From contig CAWGYD010000006.1 of NCBI GenBank assembly GCA_963826785.1, positions 1,024,001-1,088,000 on the forward strand: a DNA stretch of 64,000 nucleotides, written 5' to 3'. Under the pieces are notes generated by a model. That model saw nothing but the letters and a program-made list of their open reading frames with translations, was not told where the DNA came from and ran no database searches. The first letter of the stretch is position 1. Each line of letters begins with the position of its first letter. Made by a program: the position numbers and the translations under genes. Below, in pieces: positions 40,000 to 49,596 of this stretch. Origin of the DNA: an uncultured delta proteobacterium. Its GTDB lineage: Bacteria; Desulfobacterota; Desulfobacteria; Desulfobacterales; Desulfosalsimonadaceae.

Positions 40000-40455
40000 T
40001 TACGATTTTGCCAGCTTTGATTGTAAAAAAGAGGCCAACCCTTCCGCATCATCGGTCCCCACAAGAACGCGCTTTTTGCCCATCTCGATCCATACGCATT
40101 CAAAACCGCCGATATTCCAGAGCCACCCCTTCCGGGTCAGGTGGATGCCCCACCCGGAAAGCAAATGCGTGCGCCCCTTTCCGACGGCGGTGATTTTCGC
40201 ATAGGGGATTGATTTTTTGAAAAGCGGAATCGGCCCGAACCGGACCAGGAGATGGTCGCCTTCATCACGGACGGCCAGGTGGCCGAATATGAAGGACAAA
40301 ACCATGCAGCCGATGGCGGCGGCCGTGAATACGGTCATGTGCGGCGTACCCCGGGTAAAAAATGCACTGCCCAGGAAAACCGCCGCCAGGGCAAGGAAAA
40401 TCGGCCGGATGATTCCTTTCTGAATGTGGCTGTACTCGGTCCCGGTCTGTTTCAT
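40000..40455 (-). CDS. Small membrane protein (two TMs plus soluble domain)
   Basis: YSHIQKG, two hydrophobic segments, GWGIH, WLWNIGG, VGTDD. Confidence 0.65.
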   Translation of the reverse strand: MKQTGTEYSHIQKGIIRPIFLALAAVFLGSAFFTRGTPHMTVFTAAAIGCMVLSFIFGHLAVRDEGDHLLVRFGPIPLFKKSIPYAKITAVGKGRTHLLSGWGIHLTRKGWLWNIGGFECVWIEMGKKRVLVGTDDAEGLASFLQSKLAKS

Positions 40456-40491
40456 GACGGGCTGGCACCTCATCGAAACCCGTTTGGAATG

Positions 40492-40884
40492 TTATTTGAA
40501 TCCCCGCACCCTGGCGGCCAACGCCGGGGCAAACAGCATGAACAGCAGGCCAAATCCCATAAAGCCGCCCTCGGCCGGGTTGTAGTCGGAAAGGATGCGC
40601 TCCGGCGCATACCCGAGGGCCGCCCCCAGGCCAAACTCAAAGATGACGATCAACACCACCCACAAAAGCCCCACCCTGAGCTGCTCCCCGAATGTTTTGG
40701 CCCCGATCCAGCGGATGCAGGCCCAGGCAATGACAAAAATAATGGCTGATCCGATGAGTACACCCACCTGACGCGCCGGCTTGTCACCGACCACGGGTGC
40801 AATGAACAGCTGCCGGATGGTCCCATGAACCGATTCGGCCGCGATGATGAACAGCCATGCGGCAAATGCCTTTGGCCAACTCAT
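40492..40884 (-). CDS. Small four-TM hypothetical membrane protein
   Basis: AESVHGTIRQLF, FEFGLG, YNPAEG with hydrophobic helices. Confidence 0.7.
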   Translation of the reverse strand: MSWPKAFAAWLFIIAAESVHGTIRQLFIAPVVGDKPARQVGVLIGSAIIFVIAWACIRWIGAKTFGEQLRVGLLWVVLIVIFEFGLGAALGYAPERILSDYNPAEGGFMGFGLLFMLFAPALAARVRGFK

Positions 40885-40925
40885 GGGTGACTTCCTGGAG
40901 CCAAGGGGTTGACTATCCGATATAA

Positions 40926-41213
40926 TTATTTACCGCAGCATTTTTTATGCTTTTTGCCGCTGCCGCACGGACAGGGATCGTTGCGCCCCACGCTTTTTTC
41001 CGCAGTCTTTGTTTTTTGCGGATTGCGCAGAATGTCTAAATCCGTAATGTCTTCGGGTTTATCCGGTTCCAGTTTGATCTCATATTTCCAGCCGTTTTCT
41101 TTAAATGCAGCTTCAAGTTCCCTGACCCGTTCTTCCGTCTGCACGTTGACGACGGCAGGGTTTTTTGCAGTGCCCAGTTTGGCGCTTTTCTTGCCGTCAA
41201 ATACTTTTTCCAT
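40926..41213 (-). CDS. SEC-C motif (zinc-binding) protein
   Basis: C-terminal [39 protein letters not shown]-part. Confidence 0.88.
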   Translation of the reverse strand: MEKVFDGKKSAKLGTAKNPAVVNVQTEERVRELEAAFKENGWKYEIKLEPDKPEDITDLDILRNPQKTKTAEKSVGRNDPCPCGSGKKHKKCCGK

Positions 41214-41308
41214 ATTTTCACCTGTATTGTGAGATGATGATCCATTCAAACCCATGTTATTCCTGCTGCCGCTGACGCTTCTGCGGTGCGGCAAAAGGTT
41301 TGCTCGGG

Positions 41309-41824
41309 TTATTTCTGCTTTACCCAGATTAACGCTTCAGTTTTATACCCCAGTGCCTTTGCGCTTTTTTGAAATTTTTCTTTCAGCTCATCACTGACAG
41401 TCGGAGTGCGCGACAAAAGCCAGAGATACGATTTGTTCGGCCCCGAAACAAAAGCATACTGATAATTATTTTTATCTAATTCAAATATTACATATGAACC
41501 ATAGAAAGGGCCGAAAAAAGAGACCTTCAAGTAGCCTTCATCGGGTTCGCGAACAAAATATGCCTTACCGACAACTTCCTTCCACTTGTTCTCTTTAACG
41601 GAAAATCCACGATTCTTCACCCGCACGCCGCCATCTTCACGAATCGAATACTCCGCCGATACCTGTTCAAGATTTCGCTCAAATGAATGGTCCAATCTTG
41701 CAATCTCGTACCATTTGCCCAGGTATTTTTCGAGCTCAAATCCTTTAACCGGCTCAATGTTTTTGGGGTATCCCAGACATCCGGCCAAAAGCAACGATAC
41801 CATACAAACAATTCGTTTCTTCAT
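41309..41824 (-). CDS. blc: Bacterial lipocalin (outer membrane lipoprotein Blc)
   Basis: Lipobox [42 protein letters not shown]. Confidence 0.95.
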   Translation of the reverse strand: MKKRIVCMVSLLLAGCLGYPKNIEPVKGFELEKYLGKWYEIARLDHSFERNLEQVSAEYSIREDGGVRVKNRGFSVKENKWKEVVGKAYFVREPDEGYLKVSFFGPFYGSYVIFELDKNNYQYAFVSGPNKSYLWLLSRTPTVSDELKEKFQKSAKALGYKTEALIWVKQK

Positions 41825-41839
41825 GTTGTTTTCCCCGAG

Positions 41840-41918
41840 GCTGAACGCCGTGCTCTCCTGCCGGGGGGCGTGATGCGAAGCGGCGCAAACCCCGTTCAGG
41901 AGAAGCTGCTGGTTAGAT
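41840..41918 (-). mobile_element. Integron attC recombination site
   Basis: Minus strand ATCTAAC-5nt-GCTTCTCC...GGAGAGC-5nt-GTTCAGC with imperfect palindromic core, directly upstream of blc start. Confidence 0.78.
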
Positions 41919-42274
41919 GTCCCTTCTATCTCCTTGTCTGGTGCAACTGCCGGTGGACAGGAAAGAGAATGGCCCTCGATATCGCATTTCCGGACATGCC
42001 TTCGCATGAGCAAATTTTGAGCGCCGCTTCCATTCACCTTAACTAAAATTTCCATAAATTCAAAGCGGTATTCATGATGGCGTGGATTTTTGAAGTTGTT
42101 TTTGCCCGGTTCATCAATTTTTCGGCATTGGCAGATTTCAAAGGCGTTGGGTGAATCCGTGCCATTCGGGTGGAAGGGTAATTGGACCGGTACGCGGGTT
42201 TTTGTGTTATATTTGCGACGGTTTCCGGAGGTGAACGGGGGCTGCATGATTCTACTATGGGGCATGTCTGCCTT

Positions 42275-42988
42275 TTACGGGGTGGGCAACGGAGCATCTG
42301 AATTTGAATATACGGTGAACTGGTGGCTCCAGAAATCGAAATTCTGTAATTTCGTAAAAATTCCGGTTTGTTCTATGCTTCGGCCATTTTCCGGATTGCA
42401 ATAGATGATCAGGACTTTCCGGGGATGATTTCGAAGGGAGGCGGCGATATTAAAAAGAACTTTTTTCAGGATGGTCTCGTCGAATGGATTGAACATGAAG
42501 AAAACATTTTCATCCGGGTTGATGGCGTAATTGCTGACATCCTCTTCTATGATCCGGCAATCATATCCAGATCCTGCGCGCCTTTTGTATACCTCTTTAT
42601 TTTTATTAGCGATTTCACACAATTCATGGGCAAATTCGATGCCCCGGATTTCCTTGAAGCCGAACTCCGAGGCGACCAGCAGGATCCTGCCTTTGCCGCA
42701 TCCGAAATCGACCAGTACGCTCTGCTCCGGAAGCATCGGCCGGATGGCGCGAAACAGTTTCCGGAGAGGGACTACCCGGGTGGGCTGATACCGGGCGCCT
42801 CTTTCCCGGTTGTTGCCGGCAATGGTCAGATCGGACAGTTCAGATGGGCTGCACGTGTCAACCCCGTGTCTGAAGTCGAACAGGTGATCGGCCATCAGCA
42901 CTTTCAATTTGAGCGCAGTTGTCCTCAATCCCTGGTGCCGGAGTGAATTGCCGATCCTTTTTGACAGGCTGGTTTTGCTCGATTCCAT
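42275..42988 (-). CDS. Class I SAM-dependent methyltransferase
   Basis: YQPT, VDFGCGKGR, GIEFA, FFMFNPF, IIYCNP. Confidence 0.88.
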   Translation of the reverse strand: MESSKTSLSKRIGNSLRHQGLRTTALKLKVLMADHLFDFRHGVDTCSPSELSDLTIAGNNRERGARYQPTRVVPLRKLFRAIRPMLPEQSVLVDFGCGKGRILLVASEFGFKEIRGIEFAHELCEIANKNKEVYKRRAGSGYDCRIIEEDVSNYAINPDENVFFMFNPFDETILKKVLFNIAASLRNHPRKVLIIYCNPENGRSIEQTGIFTKLQNFDFWSHQFTVYSNSDAPLPTP

Positions 42989-43327
42989 TTGCCGCTGCCC
43001 GCTGTTTTGATGCCGTCGCTAAAAAATGCCCAAGGGTACAGGCAAATACCGGCGGTTTGCCCGGTAACGATCCCCCTTGATCGCCCCCTGAACCCCTTCA
43101 CACCATAATTCCTGCCGCCGGCCGCATCAATCCAAGTGCCCCGGCGTCCGGGCTTAATGCTTGCATTACTTAGGGTTTTTCAATATCATGCAAAAGAATT
43201 TGTGGCCCAAAAATGCAGATTCGGGTTTCCTTTGATAAATCGCCATCAATTTAAAGGTGACATGCCGCCCCCCTTTTTTGCCCCTGTCGCATCGGCGCAA
43301 CCTTTTGGTTTTTCATGAGAGGATAAG

Positions 43328-44206
43328 ATGTCGCACTATGGATTGCAGCCCGGCAAACCGCAGTTGAGGAAAATTTCATTTCCCCATTATCTTGTCCATT
43401 TATTATACAGCTTTATCGAGCCCAAAATCATTTTAAAGCTGGTGGACAAATTGCTTGACAATAAATGGCTGACCTCCACGGGGTGGGGGAAGAAGGTGAT
43501 GCTGGGCATCGCCAGAATGTCTACGGACCTGCCCCACGGAATCGTCATCACCACGCAGGGGGCCGAGAACGTGGTCGATTACCTGGACGCGCTGGAAGGC
43601 CCGGACACCGGCCGGTTCGCCCTGGGGCCGTGCCTGTGCCAGCTGGCCACCTGCAAGTGGGAGGAGCCGCTCATCAAGGATATCCAGTTCCTGTACGCAA
43701 AGGACATGTTCATGCGGCTGAAGCTGGGGTACAAGGTGGTTTCCGCCGAAGAGGTGAAGGCCCTGCTCAGGCGTTGCCACGCGGTTGGGTATGTGCATGC
43801 CCTGGAAATGTGCCGGCAGTCGGGCAAGTGGGTGTTTTGCATCTGCAATTGCGAGCCCCGGGTCTGCGCGCCGACCCGGGTGTTCCTGCTGACCGGCGAG
43901 ATGATGTACAGGGGGCCGGAAATCTGTGCAGGGGATCAAGATGCCTGCCTGGGAGCCGAGGCCTGCGGAAAGTGCATTAAAAGGTGCATCTTCGGCGCAA
44001 ACCGGAGCGAGGGGGGAAAATCAGTGGTGGACGTTAAAAAATGCATGGGATGCGGCCTGTGCGTGGCCACCTGCCCGGGCGGGGCCAGAACCATGGCGGC
44101 CCGGCACGATTATGCCCATCAGCACCAGGTGCCGGCGGAAATGGTGCTTAAAAATCCGGCCGGGGAGGGCGGCTTGGGGGGGACAGCGTCTCATGGGGAA
44201 TTTTAA
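43328..44206 (+). CDS. 4Fe-4S dicluster domain-containing protein
   Basis: PCLCQ, CICNCEPRVC, CLGAEACGKCIKRC and CMGCGLCVATCP. Confidence 0.85.
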   Translation: MSHYGLQPGKPQLRKISFPHYLVHLLYSFIEPKIILKLVDKLLDNKWLTSTGWGKKVMLGIARMSTDLPHGIVITTQGAENVVDYLDALEGPDTGRFALGPCLCQLATCKWEEPLIKDIQFLYAKDMFMRLKLGYKVVSAEEVKALLRRCHAVGYVHALEMCRQSGKWVFCICNCEPRVCAPTRVFLLTGEMMYRGPEICAGDQDACLGAEACGKCIKRCIFGANRSEGGKSVVDVKKCMGCGLCVATCPGGARTMAARHDYAHQHQVPAEMVLKNPAGEGGLGGTASHGEF

Positions 44207-44209
44207 TAT

Positions 44210-44299
44210 AAGTCCCCTTTGGAAAATGAGGACTTGGGGGGATTTTGACGCGCCGGGGTCTTAAATCCCCCCCCGCCCCCCTTTGAAAAAAAGGGGGGG
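44210..44299. repeat. REP-like double-palindrome element, copy 1
   Basis: AAGTCCCCTTTGGAAAATGAGGACTTGGGGGGAT ... ATCCCCCCCCGCCCCCCTTTGAAAAAAAGGGGGGG; similar to 49716-49801. Confidence 0.8.
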
Positions 44300-44342
44300 C
44301 CAAAAAAAAGTGACGCCAAAACGCTGCCGGAGTTATCCGGGT

Positions 44343-44987
44343 TCAACGGCTGCGGTGATAGACGATTCTGTATTCGGGAACCGCCGGCACATCGAGGCTT
44401 GCCAGCCGTCCGCCCGTATAGTCGCAGATAAACGCCCTGTCCGGATTGGATGCCAGGTGGATGACCAGTCTTGCCGGGCCGACATCGCCCAGGACGGAAT
44501 TTAGATCCAGTTTCCCGTTTTCATCCGTGGCCGCGGTCAAAGATATGTTCTTTTTTTTATTCTGGATCACCAGGGGGACATCTGCCGCCGGTTCCGGCGC
44601 GCCGCATGCCAGCACCTTTCCGGTTTCAATATCTGCGAGGGGTTCGGTTTTTTTGCTGTTATCGGCGATGGCATTGGCATTTAACAGATCGATCAGCCCC
44701 AGCCCGAAAAACGGCATCTCCAGCATGGCCGGGCCGTACCCGATTTCCGTCTTCTTGGTGACCTTGTAAGCCGTGGCCATTTCATTGCACTGTGGCGTCC
44801 GGGTCAGCAGAATCGTGTTGTCCATGATCTGGTAGCCATAGGTGTAGTGGCTGAACGGGCCTGTTTTGATGTCGCCCTTCACGATTTCCGACCGGGCGGG
44901 GTTCAGCAGGGTCAGCGTGGTGGCGCAGCCAGAAACCGAAATGGCCAGTAAAATCATCAATGCGACCTGGGTTACGTGCTTTTTCAT
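44343..44987 (-). CDS. Hypothetical lipoprotein
   Basis: Signal peptide with lipobox VSGC; AAGGA RBS; sigma-54 site upstream. Confidence 0.75.
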   Translation of the reverse strand: MKKHVTQVALMILLAISVSGCATTLTLLNPARSEIVKGDIKTGPFSHYTYGYQIMDNTILLTRTPQCNEMATAYKVTKKTEIGYGPAMLEMPFFGLGLIDLLNANAIADNSKKTEPLADIETGKVLACGAPEPAADVPLVIQNKKKNISLTAATDENGKLDLNSVLGDVGPARLVIHLASNPDRAFICDYTGGRLASLDVPAVPEYRIVYHRSR

Positions 44988-45053
44988 GGTGCCATCCTTT
45001 CCTTGTGAATCCTATTTTTCAATTGGCGGTATTTTGTTTTGTGCAAATAAGGA

Positions 45054-45071
45054 TTGCCAGAACCATGCCAA
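45054..45071 (-). promoter_or_regulatory. Putative sigma-54 (-24/-12) promoter for the lipoprotein gene
   Basis: Minus strand TTGGCATGGTTCTGGCAA (GG-N10-GC), divergent from a sigma-54 activator gene. Confidence 0.6.
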
Positions 45072-45263
45072 CTTTTTTTATCTATAATTACAAGTATTTG
45101 AAATCTTGTTGGGTTTTTTGGTTGCGCCATGGGGTAAAAAAAATTATCCTATTGTGTAATATGCGAGGAAATTACCCATTAGCGTAATCTTGGCCGCGGC
45201 AATTTGCATTCAGCCGGAAAAGGGGGATAATTTGATGATCCGGGCATTCAAGGGGGAACGGGC

Positions 45264-46814
45264 ATGACCGTGGACAAAAATGCGTTTTTCCGCCAGGCGG
45301 CCATCCGCATCTGCGGCAGCTTGAACATAGAAACCGCCCTGCAGAATTGCTTTCAATATTTATCGAAGCACCTGCCGCTGGATGCCATCGGTCTCTACCT
45401 CTATGATCCGGGCCTCAATGTGGTCCACCGGGTGGCGCGGTGCAGCCACGATGATGAGCGGATCGGCTCGGTTTCCTCCCTTCCGGTGGGAAGCAAGGAT
45501 CTATGGTCGGCCCTGTGGGAGGACCTGACGGAGATCCGGATTATCAACCGGCCCGGGGAAAGCCCGGCCATTGCCGAGGCGGCCCGGATGAACGGAATCG
45601 GCCTGGACATCTCGCTCATGGTGCTGCGCCTGCAGCTGGAAGGGCAGCGGGTGGGATTGTTGTCGCTCAAGGCGAAAGGAAACGACCGGTACGAAGAGGA
45701 GCACGCAAAACTTGCGCTTCTGCTCAACGAACCGTTTGCCATCGCCATGACCAATGCCTTGAAGCACCAGGAACTGTCCCGCCTCAAGGACATGCTGGCC
45801 GAGGACAACCGGTACCTGCGAAGCGAGATTCAGAATCTGTCGGGTTCGGCCATCATCGGGGCGGACCTGGGGCTGCGCCATGTGATGGAAATGGTCCGCC
45901 AGGTGGCGGCCCTGGACAGCCCGGTGCTGCTGCTGGGCGAAACCGGGGTGGGAAAAGGCCTGATCGCCCATGCCATCCACTATGCTTCGCTCCGGAAAAA
46001 CGGGCCCTTCGTGATGGTCAACTGCGGCGCCATCGTGGATAGTTTGATCGACAGCGAACTGTTCGGCCACGAAAAAGGGGCGTTCACCGGCGCGGCGTCC
46101 CGGAAGAAAGGCCGGTTCGAGCGGGCGGAGAAGGGGACCATCTTTTTAGATGAAATCGGGGAACTGCCGCCCCAGGCCCAGGTGCGGCTGCTGCATGTGC
46201 TGCAGGAAAAACGCCTGGAGCGGGTGGGCGGCATATCGCCCATCGAGGTGGATGTCCGGATTATTTCCGCCACCCACCGCAACCTGCAGGAGATGATCCG
46301 CGCCGGCGGGTTCAGGGAGGATCTCTGGTTTCGCCTGAATGTGTTTCCCATTCATATTCCGCCGCTGCGCCAGCGCCGGGAGGATATTCCCCTCCTGACG
46401 CGCTTTTTCATCGACCAGAAGGCGGCGGACCTGAAGATGGGCGCCATCCCGGCCCCGGCCCCGGACGCCCTGGCGCAGCTGACCGCCTATGACTGGCCCG
46501 GCAATGTCCGGGAACTGGAGAACCTGGTGGAGCGGGCACTGATCCGGCACAAACAGGGGCCGCTGCAGTTTGACGACCTGATGCCGGAAAGCCGGGATGC
46601 GGCAAAAATGCCGGTGCCGGACCGGACGGATGATCAACTGCCCACGCTGGACGAGGTCAACGCCCGGCATGTCCGGCAGGCCCTCGATGCCTGCGGCGGC
46701 AAGATCCATGGCCCGGGCGGCGCAGCCGAAATGCTGGGCATCCATCCCAATACCCTGCGAAAAAGAATGGACAAGCTCGGAATTCAATATCGGAAAAACA
46801 AGCGCAAGCGCTAA
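45264..46814 (+). CDS. Sigma-54-dependent transcriptional activator (GAF-AAA+-HTH, FhlA/NifA-like)
   Basis: [50 protein letters not shown]. Confidence 0.95.
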   Translation: MTVDKNAFFRQAAIRICGSLNIETALQNCFQYLSKHLPLDAIGLYLYDPGLNVVHRVARCSHDDERIGSVSSLPVGSKDLWSALWEDLTEIRIINRPGESPAIAEAARMNGIGLDISLMVLRLQLEGQRVGLLSLKAKGNDRYEEEHAKLALLLNEPFAIAMTNALKHQELSRLKDMLAEDNRYLRSEIQNLSGSAIIGADLGLRHVMEMVRQVAALDSPVLLLGETGVGKGLIAHAIHYASLRKNGPFVMVNCGAIVDSLIDSELFGHEKGAFTGAASRKKGRFERAEKGTIFLDEIGELPPQAQVRLLHVLQEKRLERVGGISPIEVDVRIISATHRNLQEMIRAGGFREDLWFRLNVFPIHIPPLRQRREDIPLLTRFFIDQKAADLKMGAIPAPAPDALAQLTAYDWPGNVRELENLVERALIRHKQGPLQFDDLMPESRDAAKMPVPDRTDDQLPTLDEVNARHVRQALDACGGKIHGPGGAAEMLGIHPNTLRKRMDKLGIQYRKNKRKR

Positions 46815-46873
46815 ACGCAATTTTTCTCAATGCCAATGTTTTTTGCAGCAAAGATCCTTTTAGAATAGTCCTG

Positions 46874-46929
46874 TGGCAGAACCTCTTATTGTTCCCCCCT
46901 CGAGGGGGGCGAAGGGGGGTGTTCTGCCA
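46874..46929. repeat. REP-like poly-C/poly-G palindrome upstream of serA
   Basis: TGGCAGAAC...TTCCCCCCTCGAGGGGGGCGAAGGGGGGT-GTTCTGCCA. Confidence 0.7.
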
Positions 46930-47013
46930 AAACGGCCAATAACTCCCGTTCTTCTGCTGAAGAAAATAAATCTCGGCAGCACCTGATCCAAATGGAAACG
47001 AAAGGAAATCCCT

Positions 47014-48606
47014 ATGTACCGGATACTGATCCGCGACAACATGTCTCCCGTGGCGAAAGAAATCCTGGAGGCAACCGGCAATATCGAAGTGGTGGTGGAC
47101 AGCGACAAGGCGGCCGATGATCCGGAGGTCCTGGCCCAAAAAATTGGGCAATTCGACGGCCTGGCCATCCGGAGCAGCACCCGGGTGACCCAATCCGTTC
47201 TGGATGCCGCACCCCGTCTGAAGGTCGTGGCCCGGGCCGGCATGGGCGTGGACAATGTCGATGTGGATGCGGCCACCGTGGCCGGGGTGGTGGTGATGAA
47301 CGCGCCGGGGGGAAACGCCGTCACCACCGCCGAACACGCCATCTCCATGATGATGGCCCTGGCCCGGAACCTGCCCCAGGCCACCGCGTCCATGCGGGCG
47401 GGCAAATGGGAAAAAAAGGCGCTCACCGGGGTGGAGATCGCCGGAAAAACCCTGGGGGTGGTGGGGCTGGGCCGGATCGGCCGCATCGTGGCGGACCGGG
47501 GGCTGGGATTGAAGATGAGCGTGATTGCCGCAGATCCCTACATCAGCCGCGAGGCGGCGGAAAAGCTCAACATCTCCCTGGTTTCCTTCGAAGAGATCCT
47601 TTCCCGGTCCGATTTCATATCGCTTCACGTTCCCCGGCTGAAGGAAACCATGAACATGATCGATGCCGCGGCACTGGCGAAGATGAAAAAGGGGGTGCGG
47701 ATCATCAACTGTTCCCGGGGGGAAGTGATCGACCTTGCTGCCCTCTATGATGCGCTTGAAAGCGGGCAGGCGGGGGGGGCGGCACTGGACGTGTTTCCCA
47801 CGGAGCCGCCCGATGCCGCGCTGAAAATCCTGCAGCATCCCCGTGTCATCCTTTCCCCGCACCTGGGGGCCAGCACGGGGGAAGCCCAGGAGAACGTGGC
47901 CAGAATGATCGCCGAACAGATGGCGGCCTTCCTGATCAGCGGCGTGATCACCAACGCGGTGAACTTTCCGTCGGTGTCCATGGAGGAGATGGCGCGTCTG
48001 CGGCCTTACCTGGACCTGTCCGAAAAAATGGGGTCGCTGATGGGGCAGCTCATCCGTGCCCCCCATGACATTGCGGTCAATTACAGCGGGGATATCACCA
48101 CCCTGGCCACCAAGCCGGTGACCCACGCCCTGCTCAAGGGGCTGCTGGAATCATTTACGGATCAGCCGGTCAATTATGTCAACGCCCGGGCCATGGCCGC
48201 GGAAAAGGGGATCGGCATCCATGAAACCGTCACCCAGCAGGAAAGCAGCTTCTCCAGCCTGATCCGGCTCAGACTGGAGCATACCAGCGAACAGCCCAAG
48301 GAGATCTGGGGAACCCTCTATGAGAGAAAATACCCGCGCCTGGTGCGGATCGGGGACGTGTACCTGGACGCCATTCCCGAAGGGCACATGATCGTCATCG
48401 AGAATCACGATCAGCCCGGCGTGATCGGCAACGTGGGCACCACCCTGGGAAAACACAACGTGAATATCGGGCGGTTTCAGCTGGGCCGCCGGGCGGACCG
48501 GGCCGTCTGCCTGGTCAACATCGATACCCCGGCCGATGAAGCGGTGCTGGAAGAAATCCGCCGACTGCCCAACATGATCTCGGTCAGGCAGGTGCTGCTG
48601 GATTGA
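47014..48606 (+). CDS. serA: D-3-phosphoglycerate dehydrogenase (type I, with C-terminal ACT domain)
   Basis: RAGMGVDNVD, GLGRIG, INCSRG, PHLGASTGEAQ, NHDQPGVIG. Confidence 0.96.
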   Translation: MYRILIRDNMSPVAKEILEATGNIEVVVDSDKAADDPEVLAQKIGQFDGLAIRSSTRVTQSVLDAAPRLKVVARAGMGVDNVDVDAATVAGVVVMNAPGGNAVTTAEHAISMMMALARNLPQATASMRAGKWEKKALTGVEIAGKTLGVVGLGRIGRIVADRGLGLKMSVIAADPYISREAAEKLNISLVSFEEILSRSDFISLHVPRLKETMNMIDAAALAKMKKGVRIINCSRGEVIDLAALYDALESGQAGGAALDVFPTEPPDAALKILQHPRVILSPHLGASTGEAQENVARMIAEQMAAFLISGVITNAVNFPSVSMEEMARLRPYLDLSEKMGSLMGQLIRAPHDIAVNYSGDITTLATKPVTHALLKGLLESFTDQPVNYVNARAMAAEKGIGIHETVTQQESSFSSLIRLRLEHTSEQPKEIWGTLYERKYPRLVRIGDVYLDAIPEGHMIVIENHDQPGVIGNVGTTLGKHNVNIGRFQLGRRADRAVCLVNIDTPADEAVLEEIRRLPNMISVRQVLLD

Positions 48607-48646
48607 TCACTTGATCCGATCCCATGGAGAGGGGAGAACGCAGGTC

Positions 48647-48800
48647 GAACACCCCCCTTGGTCCCCCCTCGCAGGGGGGAATAAAAAAAGGAGTCCCCCC
48701 CTCGCTGGGGGGGTAAAAAAGAGTTCCCCCTCGAGGGGAGAATTTGATCGTAATTTCAAGTCCTAATCCCCCTTTAAGGGGGGAATTAAAGGGGGGTGTA
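48647..48800. repeat. Cluster of four REP-like poly-C/poly-G hairpins
   Basis: Three tandem TCCCCC(C)TCG..GGGG units with ~31-nt period plus an inverted unit ending GGGGGGTGT. Confidence 0.8.
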
Positions 48801-48963
48801 CCGGCGGCGGCCGTTACGATCCGAAAGTTTCTTCCTGCAAAAACGCCGCGCGGTGAGGCGGGGGGCTTCCGGGGAAGTTCAATCGGTGCCGGGATCGCAA
48901 ATATCGCGCGGTATTTACGATATCGATCCCGACGCCGATTCGATGCGTGTTCTTGTTTGTGTG

Positions 48964-49524
48964 TTATTTTTGCTCAGGACCGAAGGAGCGGATGAAGAGA
49001 TCGCGGAGGGCCTGCCGGCCTTCATCGGAGAGGTTGCGGGTTCCGGTGCCGGCAAATGTTTCGGAGGTGATCACCGGGGTGTTTTCCACCCATTTACTGT
49101 TCTGCCAGGAATACCAGGCTTTTTTTTCCTGATCATAGACGTTCAATGGCCGATTGAAGAGCTTGGCCAGTTCGACGCCCCAGCCGGTTCCGCCTTTGAC
49201 GGTATTGTCTGACTGTATCCAGCCGACTGCAATGACATGGTAGCCGCTGTTGACCATGTGGAAAAGGGACTGGATGACTCTTCGGATCTTGTCCGTTTTG
49301 GAGTAGGTCCGGTTCATCCGTTTGGACACGATTTCCATGCTCACATCACCCTTTTGCAGTTCTTCCTGGGTCAGAATCTTGACACCCCGGGTGCGTTCGG
49401 CGGTATGCCCTTCGAATGAAAAATTGACTTCGTCTATTTGCCATTCCTCGGCAAGTTTACCAAATTCCGCCTCAGCACCTTTGTGGCCGCCGCTGTAGAG
49501 TGTAATCTTTGAAATGTCTGTCAT
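48964..49524 (-). CDS. Conserved hypothetical protein, probable SLOG-superfamily nucleotide-binding fold
   Basis: LYSGGHKGAE, KGGTGWGVELA, FAGTGTR Gly-rich motifs; AGGAG RBS. Confidence 0.6.
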   Translation of the reverse strand: MTDISKITLYSGGHKGAEAEFGKLAEEWQIDEVNFSFEGHTAERTRGVKILTQEELQKGDVSMEIVSKRMNRTYSKTDKIRRVIQSLFHMVNSGYHVIAVGWIQSDNTVKGGTGWGVELAKLFNRPLNVYDQEKKAWYSWQNSKWVENTPVITSETFAGTGTRNLSDEGRQALRDLFIRSFGPEQK

Positions 49525-49562
49525 TTGAATCTCCTGGGTTATAAGGAATTTTGCGGTCAGGC

Positions 49563-49596
49563 AAAAAAAAACACCCCGACGCGATTCGTCAGGGTG
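49563..49596 (-). terminator. Intrinsic terminator-like structure in the leader of the 48964-49524 gene
   Basis: Minus strand CACCCTGACG-AATCG-CGTCGGGGTG followed by nine T. Confidence 0.65.

Noticed and set aside
41825..42265. 147-aa N-terminal extension of blc in the ORF track
   Set aside because: Lipoprotein signal starts at 41824; the extension reads through the attC site and is probably fortuitous
43030..43110. Possible c-di-GMP-I riboswitch (GGCAAA...)
   Set aside because: Lacks the GAAA tetraloop stem and GACGCAAAG junction
46657..48126. 489-aa antisense ORF, and similar ones at 32099-33361, 20375-21409, 55008-55883
   Set aside because: Shadow ORFs opposite well-supported genes in GC-rich DNA, with no motifs
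48647..48800. Possible CRISPR array
   Set aside because: Only three degenerate units with short A-rich linkers, no unique spacers and no cas genes
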